Assembly (NCBI GenBank): GCA_000004695.1
Contig: CM000154.2
Span: 4,896,001 to 4,960,000, forward strand
Direction: 5' to 3'
Source: Dictyostelium discoideum
Taxonomy: Eukaryota
Length of the DNA: 64,000 bases
The notes under the pieces were generated by a model. The model did not search any database. It was not told the origin of the DNA and saw only the letters and a list, made by a program, of their open reading frames with translations. The position numbers and the translations under genes are program-made. Positions 37,496 to 57,631 of the stretch are shown one piece after another. Every line of letters begins with the position of its first letter. Position 1 is the first letter of the stretch.

Positions 37496-39712
37496 CACTG
37501 AAATAGAATTACTGGTACCAATTGGAGTGATAGTACAAGGGGTATTGGTACTTGATGGTGAAAATTCAAATTTAAAATTATTTGGAGTTTGAGTCTGCTC
37601 TAAATAAACTCTATTTATATTACCACTAAGTTGGACTATTTTTTCAGTAGCTAAAGAAGAGAAATAATTATTCTTCAATACTTGTGAAACAGTGATAACA
37701 AGATTTGGATTGGAGGAAATTATCATAACAGGTTCTGAGTGTATGTCTTTTTGACTAGGAGTAACAATAAGATTTATATTTGAAATGATATTAAATTTAG
37801 CCGATGATTCATATGGACATTCGGGTGACTGTAGACATATGTGTACTTTATCTTTTACACTTGGGAAAACATCAATTGAAATGTCCTCAGTTTTATAGCC
37901 TACTGTATCAGGTTGGACAAGGAGTGGAGCATTCGTGGTTTTATAGTTTGATTGTTTTGGTTCAATAACTCTTTTTGGAAGTGGGTTTAGTGTTTGTGGT
38001 ATTAAAATTTCAAATCCCATTGGATTATCTAGATTTTGAGCGGCAAATTGATTCATTATCCAAGAAAAGTCTATTTCAGTTCCTATCGTTGATTGTGGGA
38101 CACCAAGTTTTGCAATATTATAGGTTATATCTTTTCTTATCCATGTTACATGTCTTTCCATATAATCAACTAAATATCCAATACCATCCATGCAATAAGC
38201 TCCTCCTCCTCTTGATTCTAATTATGAAGTATATCGTATCAAATGGTATATAATAATTAATTAGTTTTAATTATAGTAAAAATAATAATAAAAATAAAAT
38301 ATAATTAAAATAAAAATAAAAATAAAAATAAAAATAATTAATTATGATTAAAATAATATTATTTTTATCTTACCTTGACCTCTTTGCCAATTTAGATCAC
38401 CTAAACAAAAGGTTTTTTGTTGACCATCATCACTGGTACCATACATTAACTTTGAATGATCTTTTGAGGAACTTCTTTGTGGATTTACATCTATGAATGG
38501 ATAATTGAGTCTTAATGCTATTGAGAAACTTGTACCAGAAACTACATTATTAGCAAATCCCTTTATTGTATTTGATGTCATTGTTTGAGACATCCATTTC
38601 GAAATATTTTTGTAATATTTACCAATATATTGCCATAATAATTCAATGTTATTCATTTGAGCAAAGTTTTTTGAAGATGGTTCGGCAATAATTCCTTTCT
38701 TTTGTGGGAGTGAAGTTTGAACAAAATATTCACCAAAGGAATATTTATTTACATGATAATAATGAGAAGATTTGAAGTTTGCATCTGATGAGAATTCAAA
38801 ATTTTCAGAAATATGACCAGCCTGGAAAATAAATAAAAAAAAAGTTGTAAAATTTGAGTGAGTATTTATTATCACAATAAAATAAACAATAATAAAAATA
38901 ATTATACATACCAATTTAGCCCATTGTAAAATTTTAATTTTTCTAGAGAGAGTTGAACCTACAAAAAAATTTTTCTTAATAATTTCATCGATTTCTGAAA
39001 AATATTTCTTTTTCTTTAAATCATCATCTGTTACTGTATCTAATTTTGTTTCGTCTACATCATTGATACCTGTTAGACTTGTTGCGAGTAATTTGCTTAA
39101 CATTTTACCTTTGTCGAATTTATGGTTATTTATTGCTTTAATTGCAGGGTTAGTATATATCAAATATTTTGGAATAATATCTAATTCATTTGGTTTCAAT
39201 GTAATACAAATTGAATGTTGTAAATAACTATCTTCAGAACTATGTAAAAAGAAATCATCAATTTCTTGAGGTGTGTAGGGGATACTATGAATTACGTGAA
39301 TACCACCATGTTCATTCCAAATAAAAAACCCTTTTGCATGTGCACTCCCTTTACCGTCATCAAAAGCATTATTGTAAGAAATACTTGAAAATATATTACC
39401 GTTGGCTTGACCGAATGTTTGAGTAATTGGAGATACCTGGTCTTTAACTCTCATATTATATTTACTTAATTCAAGTATTTTTTCATTTTTGTTCTTTAAA
39501 TTGCTATCTGTATAAAAAGATGAACCACTACCTTTATCTCCAGGTTTATTAAAATGTTCATAAATCCACCAATCAACATAATTTTCAGCGGGTTTTAAGC
39601 TTGGATTTGATGATTTTGCATAAATATCATTGTATAAACATCTCGGAACTTGTTGACATTTAATTATTGAAAATAAAATAAATAATAAAAATATTTTAAT
39701 CAAATTTTTCAT
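37146..39712 (-). CDS. DNase II (acid deoxyribonuclease) family protein with a roughly 330-aa C-terminal extension of unknown function. 4 exons: complement(38912..39712, 38374..38821, 37361..38217, 37146..37277), about 745 aa.
   Basis: Signal peptide MKNLIKIFLLFILFSIIKCQQ. The first HxK motif is GSAHAKGFFIW and the second is KDHSKLMYG. Then ...CLGDLNWQRGQG|ESRGGGAYC spans a gtaaga intron, and this junction mirrors the human DNASE2 C-terminus ([20 protein letters not shown]). The 90-nt in-frame intron 38822..38911 (gtatgt...ccag) is read through in the ORF track as the segment VCIIIFIIVYF. Two further GTAAGT/...TAG introns complete the model. Stop codon at 37146..37148. Confidence 0.6.
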
Positions 39713-39747
39713 TCTATAATATTATTTAATCGTTTCTTACTTATTTT

Positions 39748-39821
<74 letters not shown>

Positions 39822-40260
39822 ATAAAATAAAATAAAATAAAATAAAATAAAAGAAAATAAAATAAAATGAGTAAATTTTTTTGAAAAATCTTGATTGGTT
39901 TGGTATTTTTAGCATCAAAACCAATTTCAAATAAACAATTTATTTTTTTAATTTTCAAACGATAAAAACTAAATACCAAGGAATTGCTCGTCTTTTTTTT
40001 TGAAATGGTTCACACTAAACACCAAGATATTGCTTTTTTTTTTTTTAAATTTTGGAAAGATATACACTAGATTGCTCGTCTTTTTTATTTTGAAATGATT
40101 TACACTAAATACCAAGATATTGCCCATTTTTTTTATATTTTTTTTTTATTTTATTTTATTTTATGTTATTTAAAATTAATTTTTTCACAGATAGCTCAAT
40201 AGTTTTTTTTTTTTTTTGTTTTTAAAAAAATAGTAAATAAGATATCAAAAACAAATAAAA

Positions 40261-48594
<8,334 letters not shown>

Positions 48595-48640
48595 TATTTA
48601 AAACCAACAAATAAAATAATATCATTTAAAAATTCAGATA

Positions 48641-48678
<38 letters not shown>

Positions 48679-49585
48679 TTGATTAACGAGTGTTTATCCA
48701 TTTAAAGAAATAAGCAATAATTAAAAGTTTATTTATAAAAAGGATTTTACCTAAATGTTTTTTCCCTCTTTTTTTTGAAAATTTTTTTAGTTCGAGAAAT
48801 GTTATTTTGTTTTTTTAGATTTTCAAAATTTATGGGATTAAAAATTTTAATGTCTCAATAATAAAATAGTATGTTAGAATTATTATAGCTTAAATAAATT
48901 GATCAACAATTACTCTATTTAGTAAGGTTGTACTTGGTATACAGTAGTCATTGATAATTTATTTTTTAAAAATTTTAATTAGTTTGTTGTATTCCCTTTT
49001 GTTGCAAATTGAAAGTGTGTCCTCTAGTAAAAAAACTTTATTTATGTAATCCAAAGGTGTCCAGAAAATAGTTTCAACGAGGGTGGTTCAAAGACATCTG
49101 CTCATGGTTATGGAGTAGGTCAATGGAACTTTATTTATTCAGAATTAATTCAATTATTCACTGATAGGTCCATTGCGACCAAATTGTTAAAAAAAAAAAA
49201 AAAAAAAAGGAAAATCAGTTTTATAATTTTCATAACAATAATAAATTCTTTATTTGTTTAAAATTATCTCTTTATTTCTTAACATATATTTATATATATT
49301 TATAACTAATAAATTGTAATGAATTACATTGTTTAATAATCATAATATTAATAATAGTAATAATAATAAGAATAATAATGATTAACAATTAAACAATAAT
49401 AATTAAAATAATAATTAATTTATTTAGTTTTTATATATTTTAGAGTTTTCGTTCGAAACTCCTCGGCCGAAAATAACGAAAACTCGAAAATTATAAAAAC
49501 TGAAAAAAATGAAAAAAATAAAGTTAGTTTTGATTCACGCTTTACAGCATTCATATAATATTAATTGTGTGTTCCTTTATTTATT

Positions 49586-50760
49586 ATGATCAATATTTTT
49601 TTTTTTTTTGATATAAATAAACTATTGTAGTATACAATTAGTATGTTATTTTTATTTGTTTAATTTAGGTTTTTTAGTTTTTGTGAATTTAAAATGGTAT
49701 GTTATTTTAGATTAGGTAATTAATAATTAATTGGTGGTAATTGTTGGAATTGATTCATTTGTGTTTATGCTCCATTCTTTTTTAAATTTTTTGATGGTTT
49801 CGGACCATTGGGTTTCTTTTTGAGTTTTTGTGAGGTTGTTTTTAATTGAGTATTGGTTAAAGTTTGATAAAGTTCTTGAATATTCCAATCTTATTAGCTT
49901 GTGCCATTTTGATTTTAATATATCATAATCTAGTGTTGTGTTGTTTATTTGGTTGTTCCAATTATCAATTGATTGAGTTATATTGATGTCAAATAATGAT
50001 TTGCATAACCATATCCATATTTGGTGAATAACTAATGAGATTATGTTCCAATATGCATGTGTTCTGACTAGATCAAGATTTGTGTTTATATAATTCCAGT
50101 TGAACCTGTATTTTTTATATTGTGCGTTTTCTGCAAAATGAAAATTAATATTGATAGTTGGATCTGGTTTAAATGCTTTGTTGTTTGTTTGTGGTTTATA
50201 GATGAGTGTGTATAATTTTGTTGTATGGTTTTTTGTTAGTGACCAGTTTTTGTTTCCATTGCAATTTTTATATATAAAATATTTTAATTTGTCGTGGTTA
50301 ATGAAGTTGATTGTGTGCTGACAATTGAAAAACAAATGACCATAGGGATCATTATTCATTTCATTGTTGCAAATGGGGCAAACTTTGTTGTGTAGATGAT
50401 TAATCGGAAGACATCTAGCATGGAATCTTTGCATTGTATCTCGGCCTTTTGGATCTTTTAATTTTTGAATTTTGACAAAAAGTTGGTCGTATGTGTATTT
50501 CCATAATAGTTGTATTGATTGTTGGTGCGAAGTAAGAAGTAGATCTGAATATTTCTTGCCAATATAGTCTTTTGATTTGCATTGGTGATTGTTTAGTATT
50601 GTCGAGTAGATTTCTTTGAGTGTTGGTGGTAGTGAAATATTATTTGTGTTTAATGTTTGAGAGGGTTGGTTTTTTGTTAATATTGGTTGTAGGATTTGAA
50701 CTTTATCTTTTAGATGTCCAATTTGAGTTGCATAGTTTTCCCATTCTTTTTTTATTTTTA
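49586..50760 (-). mobile_element. 5'-truncated non-LTR retrotransposon fragment (TRE-like). It has the C-terminal end of an ORF2 with a CCHC Zn-knuckle-like motif, a 3'UTR and a short poly(A) (T15 on the plus strand at about 49586..49600).
   Basis: ORF 49727..50434 (-) carries CPICNNEMNNDPYGHLFFNC and is paralogous to the neighbouring fragment (IHQIWIWLCKSLF versus IHQLWRIICHKLF). It lies next to a tRNA gene and abuts an N gap. Confidence 0.5.
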
Positions 50761-50789
50761 TAAGGTATGGAGAAGAGATTGATTTGTTG

Positions 50790-50889
50790 NNNNNNNNNNN
50801 NNNNNNNNNNNNNNNNNNNNNNNNNNNNNNNNNNNNNNNNNNNNNNNNNNNNNNNNNNNNNNNNNNNNNNNNNNNNNNNNNNNNNNNNN
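50790..50889. other. Assembly gap (100 N) inside the retroelement cluster.
   Basis: A run of n characters in the sequence. Confidence 0.99.
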
Positions 50890-50926
50890 TATGTTGATAT
50901 TTTTGGTTATATTATGATTACTACTA

Positions 50927-50929
50927 CTT

Positions 50930-50964
<35 letters not shown>

Positions 50965-51700
50965 TATAATGGAATTGGGTTTGGAGTGTTCGGGTTATGC
51001 CATGATGTGTTGAAGTTGATTATTAATTGGTCTCTGTTATTTAATTTGTATATTGTTTCATTCCTTTCGATCTTCTTTATTAAAATGAATTTCTCTATTT
51101 TAATTAAGTTGGTTAGTTCTTTTTCAATTAATGTTGGATCAAATGAGGGTGGAGATTTAGATTCGTCTTGATTGAATAGTTTGTGACAAATTATTCTCCA
51201 TAGTTGATGTATAATTATGCCGATTAAATTTGGGTAGATTCTTTCTTTTTTATTTGTTTTGCTAATATCTAGTGAATTGAGATCCCAATTTCTGATCTTG
51301 AAGAATGAGAGATTGTTGAATGTTGAAATTATTATGTTTTCTATTTCTTTTACTTGCATACAGTCTATAAAAAGGTGAGTGTATGGGTCACGGATTATAT
51401 TGTTACAGATTTTGCATGGTACGTTACGTTCATAGTTGATTCCAGGAAGTGACCTTGAGAAAAATCTGAATAGTGTATTTCTACCTTTTTGATGTGATAT
51501 GTGGTTGATATGTTGGAAGATGGATGGTATGTTGATGTTATTTATTGAAATTAGATTTTTTTGTCCATCTGTTTTTCTTATTGATTTGTATTTGTGAGTG
51601 ATTAACATGTTATAGATTTCTTTAAGTTGAAGTGGCTTTTTGTTTTGACCTTTGATACAATCAGGTAGTGATTTTAGTTTATTGTGTTGATTAAAAATTA
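50927..51700 (-). mobile_element. Second 5'-truncated non-LTR (TRE-like) retrotransposon fragment. It sits immediately 3' of tRNA-Lys in the same orientation and ends in a poly(A) of about 31 nt (T-run 50927..50962 on the plus strand).
   Basis: ORF 50964..51740 (-) contains CKICNNIIRDPYTHLFIDC, a C-x2-C-x9-H-x4-C motif typical of the region downstream of the reverse transcriptase in non-LTR ORF2. The ORF track extends the N-terminus spuriously into the tRNA. Family assignment (TRE3-like) is by position and orientation only. Confidence 0.45.
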
Positions 51701-51709
51701 ATAAAATTT

Positions 51710-51782
51710 CGCCCAACGGGGGGCTCGAACCCCCGACCACCAGATTAAGAGTCTGGCGCTCTACCGACTGAGCTAGCCGGGC
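51710..51782 (-). tRNA. tRNA-Lys (anticodon CUU), 73 nt.
   Basis: Minus-strand sequence gcccggctagctcagtcggtagagcgccagactCTTaatctggtggtcgggggttcgagccccccgttgggcg is a canonical cloverleaf with intact A and B boxes, followed by T-runs (aaattttattaattttt) acting as a Pol III terminator. Confidence 0.9.
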
Positions 51783-51829
51783 ACTTTGGTAAAAAAAATT
51801 TAATTAAGAAACAAAACATTTTAAAAGAT

Positions 51830-52101
51830 GACCCTGTAAAAAAAACTAAAAATAAAATGAGATCTAACATCTCAAGGAGAAGCAACTAATAATTGCGTTA
51901 TCCAATTCAAAAAAAAAAAAAACATTTTAAAAGACAAAAAAAAACAAACAACAACAACAATCTCTTTTTTTGATTATTTCATTTTTCATATAAAAAAGAC
52001 TTAAAAAACAAATAAATAAATAAATAAACTATTTTAAAAAGCCATCTTTTTACTTTATTGTAATTTATTATTTGATTATTTCATTTTTCATATAAAAAAG
52101 A

Positions 52102-52144
<43 letters not shown>

Positions 52145-52427
52145 GGAAATCAGAAAATTTCCAGATTTTTAACTTTTTAAAGAAAAATAAAAAAAATAGA
52201 AAGAAAATAAGATGAAAATCACAAACAACACCACAAATATTAAGCAACACAAATGCCTACAAAAAATAAGCGAAATTGTGGATAAAACTCAATTAAAAAA
52301 AAAACAATTCAAATACGTCATAAACATCAATCACGAACCAGACGATAAAATAAAAAAAGATTTAGAAAAAAGTTTGGACAAAAAAGATGTTTTAATCAAA
52401 AGTAATAATACAATTCAAAATTCGAAA

Positions 52428-52466
<39 letters not shown>

Positions 52467-52595
52467 TAAACCAACCCCTCTTTTAGAGACCCTGTAAAAA
52501 AAAAAAAATAAAATAAAATGAGATCTAGCATCTCAAGGAGAAGCAAATAATAATTGCGTTATCCAATTCAAAAAAAAAAAAAAACATTTTAAAAG
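51830..52595. repeat. Pair of 105-bp direct repeats (51830..51933 and 52488..52595, about 90% identical) plus an inner 38-bp direct repeat (51971..52008 and 52070..52108). The pair begins about 50 bp upstream of the tRNA-Lys 5' end and may be a remnant of a tRNA-targeted (TRE5-like) element.
   Basis: The repeat unit is gaccctgtaaaaaa...aaaatgagatcta(a/g)catctcaaggagaagcaa(c)taataattgcgttatccaattcaaaaaaaaaaaaacattttaaaag. The position relative to the tRNA matches the known TRE5 insertion window of about 48 bp. Confidence 0.4.
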
Positions 52596-52670
52596 AATTC
52601 ATTTTAAAATTTACAAGGAAAATTGTAAATTTATTGATTATTTTAACAAATATTTTTAATTAAGTTTTAA

Positions 52671-54021
52671 TTAATCTAGTTTTATAATACCTAAAACAAT
52701 TAATTGATAAAATAATTTCATAAAAGTATTTCTAAATTTTTCACCAAACCAACCAACTTCATTGGCATGCATTCTTTCAGTACTACTTCTACTAAAACCA
52801 ACAGCTTTGAAACCTCTTGATAACATTTCATTTTCATAGGATGATAATGATTCTATAATTGGTAAACCATTGATAAATATTTTTGTTAATGCATTACCAA
52901 GCTCCAATGCATCTTTAATTGCAGTATTACCACCCATACCAGCATGAGAAGTCATTGCATGAACACTATCACCGAGTAGGGTTACTCTTGAAGTTTTAAA
53001 ATTTAAAATTGGTGATGCTTGAGTTAGAGGAGTTGCATGTGAGTCTAGTAAATGTTGAGGTCCAAGATAATCATTTAATAACTTTAATACCATTGGATGA
53101 TAATTTTTAGTATCACGCCTAATTAAATTTAATAAATCTTGGCGAGTCGTTGGAATTGGATCATTTGTAACATCCTTTGGTCTCCATTCATAGCTTATCA
53201 ATAGAATCTCTGTATGATGTTGATTCTCCTCAATAACTCGTTCAATATTATCAACATCTTCAATACCTAAACTAATTGCATGTTGAATATTCTTTGTTCT
53301 ACCAAAAATAATAGTATTTCTAAAATTACCCAAAGTTTTCAAAATTGTTGAATTTTCATCACCCTGAAAGATTACATCTAAAATATCATTTGTTACATTT
53401 GGTACCAATGCTTGAATTCTAAATACATTTACATCTGCAAATTTAAAATTTGGTAATTTAAAATCACGTACACATGATCTTACACCATCAGCACCAATTA
53501 AAATTTCACCTTTTTCAATTGTACCATCTTCAAATGTTGCTATCACTTCACCATTTACATCATCCTCTATATATGATTGTAATCTTTTACCAAACTCAAC
53601 ATCAATACCTTCCATTAAAATTGATCTTAATTCTGAACGATTTACAGTTCCACCAGATTTAAATTTTAATAAAATTTCAAGGTTACGATCTGCAACTGCA
53701 AATTCACCATCTTTAAATAATTGTTTAATTTTTTCAAATTTCTCTTCACATAATGATGATTTTAATGATTCAATACCAATCTTATTTAATCCAATTAAAT
53801 AACCTTGAATTCTTGATTTTTCACTTGTATCTCTTTCAAATATTTTAAATTTAATATTTTCTCTTTTTAATATATTTGCTAATACTAATCCACCTAAACC
53901 GCCACCAATAATTAAAACTTTAATTTTTTCAATTCCTCTAAATAATAAAAAAAATTAATATATATTAATATATTTTAAAAATTTTAAAAAAATATGTTTA
54001 ACTAATTTATTACTCTTTCAT
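52671..54021 (-). CDS. FAD-dependent aromatic-ring monooxygenase (salicylate hydroxylase / zeaxanthin epoxidase-like), about 424 aa. 2 exons: complement(54014..54021, 52671..53937), with an 8-nt first exon.
   Basis: Exon 1 is ATGAAAGA followed by a gtaataa donor. The acceptor ttatttag precedes A GGA ATT GAA..., giving MKE|GIEKIKVLIIGGGLGGLVLANIL, a Rossmann dinucleotide-binding motif. Downstream motifs GADGVRSCVRD and the remainder are open to the TAA at 52671. Confidence 0.7.
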
Positions 54022-54351
54022 TATTTTTTTTCAATCTAATTATAAAAAATAACTACATTTGCTATGGAAAAAAAAAAAAAAAAAAAAAAAATTTATAATT
54101 GTATTTTATACCTTTGCTATAAAAAATAAAGTTGATACCTAATTATTATGATGATCAATCTTAATTTTAGTTAAGGTTTTTCTTTAATCCCGATACGCAA
54201 TTATTTTTCATTAAAAATAAAAAAAAATTTTGAATTTTCAAGAGGATGAAATTTTAAAAAAAATGTTATGAATAAAAAATTTAAATTAAAAAAAAAAAAT
54301 CTAAAAATAACACATAAGCAAAAATATTTTTTTTTTTTTTTTTTTTTTTTT

Positions 54352-55380
54352 TTATATTAAAATATTAAAATATTTATTTAAAAATTGTTTAGTATTATAG
54401 TTATTTTCTAAATTTACATAATTATATGCAGATGGTGTTGTTGATAATAATGAAGTGAAATCTTTTAATTGAATTTCTCTATCTTTTTTACTATTATTAA
54501 AATATATAATATAAAAACAATCATTTTCAAATAAATAATAACCTTTATCAAATAATTTAAATAAACTTATTGGTGGTATTGATAAAGATGATGATGATGA
54601 TGATGAAGAAGTTGATTGAATTGATGATGATAAATATTTACAATTTAAAATTGAAATTAATTGGTCATTTGATAAAATTAAATTTCTATTAAAATGGCAA
54701 ATCGCTTGAAAAATCGATTGATTATTTTGTTTTTGTTCATAAATAAATGAACCATCAATTAATCTTCTAACTCTATACTCTTTTTGATTGAAATTTACAA
54801 TTGAATTTGAATTTGAATTTGAATTTGTATTATTTATTAATAATTCAATTGGTTGAAAACAAGAATTTACATTTAACCCTACATCAACGAAATAATCATT
54901 TCCATCTTTCCATTGAATAATATTTGAAAAGTGTATAATACCATTTGAATTTAAAACTGTTTTAACTAATTGAACTTTAATACCAATTTCATTTAAAAAT
55001 AACCCAAAAACTATATTTAAATGTGACGAATTACCACCATTACCATCAATTATAATTTTTTTAATTATTTCTTTAATACTTGAAAAACTTTCACCATCAT
55101 TATTATAATTATTATTTATATAATTATCATCATCAATTTGATTTTGATTTTGTTGTTCTTGTTGTTGTTCTTGTTGATTTTGTTGATTATTATAATTATT
55201 ATCAAATTTATTTATTAATGGTATTTGTTGACAAAATAATAATTGGAGTTTTGAAATTTCACTTAATGATCTAATTTTAAAATGTTGAAATTCATTTTCA
55301 TTACAATTTACCATCACTCTTTTTAAAAATTGAATTTTAAAATTAAAACTAAATTTATTTTTTAAAGAACTGTAAAACAT
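54352..55380 (-). CDS. Arylamine N-acetyltransferase (NAT)-like protein, 342 aa. The catalytic Cys position appears to be replaced by Ser, so it may be a pseudo-enzyme. Has a poly-Q/N insert.
   Basis: IIDGNGGNSSHLNIVFGLFLNEIGIKVQLV parallels the NAT consensus [22 protein letters not shown]. This is weak similarity read by eye. Confidence 0.4.
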   Translation of the reverse strand: MFYSSLKNKFSFNFKIQFLKRVMVNCNENEFQHFKIRSLSEISKLQLLFCQQIPLINKFDNNYNNQQNQQEQQQEQQNQNQIDDDNYINNNYNNDGESFSSIKEIIKKIIIDGNGGNSSHLNIVFGLFLNEIGIKVQLVKTVLNSNGIIHFSNIIQWKDGNDYFVDVGLNVNSCFQPIELLINNTNSNSNSNSIVNFNQKEYRVRRLIDGSFIYEQKQNNQSIFQAICHFNRNLILSNDQLISILNCKYLSSSIQSTSSSSSSSSLSIPPISLFKLFDKGYYLFENDCFYIIYFNNSKKDREIQLKDFTSLLSTTPSAYNYVNLENNYNTKQFLNKYFNILI

Positions 55381-55425
55381 TTTTATATTAATTTTTATTT
55401 TTTTATTATTATTATAATATTGTAT

Positions 55426-55457
<32 letters not shown>

Positions 55458-55648
55458 TTATAATAATAATTTTAATCTAAATGATTAAATAATTAATTTT
55501 GATAATAAAAAAAAAAAATTTAAAAAAAATAAAAAAATAAATTTAAATTTAATCATTTAAATTTGGAAAAAAAAAAAAATAATAATAAATATATATGCAT
55601 TTATATTTATATAAAGAAATAATATTAAACTAGTAAAATACTTTACCC

Positions 55649-55697
<49 letters not shown>

Positions 55698-56078
55698 CAA
55701 TTGGGTGTATATACTTGTAAAAAATAGAATAAATATTACAGATATATTAACACTTTTATATCATATATGTGTGGTGTGTGGTGTTTTTTGTAAAAAACAA
55801 TTGATTATATATTTATTTATTTTTCTTTGTGGGGTTGTTCAAAAAAGAAAAAAAAAGAAAAAAAAAAAATAAAAAAAAAAAAACGGGTAAAGTAAAATAA
55901 GCAAACATATAAAACTAATATGTTTTTAATTTTAAATTTATTAATCTATTTTTATTTATTTGTTTTTATTTATCTTCTATAAAATTGGTATTATATTTTT
56001 ACTTCTTTTTTTTTTTTTTTATTTTTGTTCTATAAATTTTTTTTTTTTTATTTTTATTTTTTTCAATAACTTTTGTTA

Positions 56079-57439
56079 TTAAGATACTGGATAACCATGA
56101 TAATTTTGATTATTTAAATTATTAAGTTGATTTTGGTTATGAATAATATTGTTTTTTAATTGAGTTATTGATTCATCTACCAATTGTTGTTGATGAGATA
56201 ATTGTTGTTGATGCTGTTGTTGCTTTAATAGTTCAGCAGTATTTGAAATTGATAATGGAATGATATGATCAAGTTCTTGACGTTTTGGAATACCATTTGA
56301 AGATGATAATGGGGTGTCGACACCACCATCACCACCACTACTATTATTGTTGTTATGAGTATTTTGTGCTACATTATCAGCTCCAACATCACCATCCATA
56401 GCATTATCATCATTTGAACTTATCATAAAAGTTGATGATGGTATAATTGTATTTGATTCTCTAATAAAATGATGGTGATGTGATGAACCATTAATTAATG
56501 GAGTTGAATGATTTTCTTCATCATCATTTGCGCCACCACCACTACCACTACCACTACCCTTACCTTTTTTATTAAGTAATATTCCTCCATTATTATTATT
56601 ATTATTATTATTAAATTCTTCATTATTGCTTCCACTACCACCATTTGCTTCAATATCATCATTACAATTATTATTTTTATTAGCACCACCACTACCACTA
56701 CCACCAGTAATTTCATTTAAATCAACCTCAACATTTTCAAATGGAACGAATGGAGAACCAACTCTACTTGATAAACCACCATTTTCTCTATAAGATTTCA
56801 AATTGATTCTCATTACTAATCCGAAAATGATAGCTTGACAAATTGGAACTACGACATAAGTTGAAAAGGACATATAATCGAATGGAACATGGAATACTAA
56901 ACTAAGTATGGAAAATACACCACCAAAGAAATCCATTACAACAAAAATCATACTAAGTCCAACCTTTTCTTGATAAACTTCTAAAATTTGTGGAAAGAAT
57001 CCAACTGCCATTAAACCTGTTGCTGCAATGGTCAATATTAATTGTAAAACAAAGGAATTGGTATGCTTTGCATTCAAAATTGAATAGAGTGAAATAATTG
57101 TTGCAATCGTTACTAAAACACATAATCCTATTGTAAATAATAATCTTTTTAAATTATATTTTCTTTTTTTAAAAAAAAATAAAAAAATCAATTGTTAATT
57201 AAAATAAATAAATGAAAAATAGGGGTGGTAAATATACAAACTTACTTTTGATAAAATAAATGTTGCATGACAATTACTAAACTGAAAAGAGAAAAACATG
57301 AAATTTGAACTACAAGTGCTGGTGGTTCTCTATTAAAAACTAAATTTGTACCTAAAATAACACCACATGCATACCAACATCCAAAACATGTTGGTGATAC
57401 ACCCTTGGTTGATTTTCTTTTGTAATTTAAGTGAACTTT

Positions 57440-57470
<31 letters not shown>

Positions 57471-57631
57471 TTAGTGGTTTTTTTTTTATTTTTTTATTTT
57501 TTTTTGGTGGGGTGGAAGGGGAGTATTTATAAATAATTTAAAATTTAAAACTTACTTTGAGGAACTAATTGAACTGACCAGAGTATAGTACCTACAATTC
57601 CAAAAAGATTTGAGAGAATTTTATTTTCCAT
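56079..57631 (-). CDS. PQ-loop repeat (cystinosin / lysosomal amino-acid transporter-like) membrane protein, 449 aa. 3 exons: complement(57556..57631, 57246..57435, 56079..57162).
   Basis: Exon 1 is MENKILSNLFGIVGTILWSVQLVPQ with a|gtaagt donor; the next exon gives ...PQIHLNYKRKS, the first PQ motif. The second PQ motif is FFPQILEVYQEKVGLS. Exons sum to 1350 nt = 3x450. The C-terminal half is G/S/N/Q-rich low-complexity sequence. Confidence 0.65.

Noticed and set aside
38822-38911. Hydrophobic segment VCIIIFIIVYFIVIINTHSNFTTFFLFIF inside ORF 38348..39712, which could be read as a TM helix.
   Set aside because: It is bounded by a ttg|gtatgt donor and a ttttccag| acceptor, is 90 nt (in frame), and is AT-rich. 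It is an intron.
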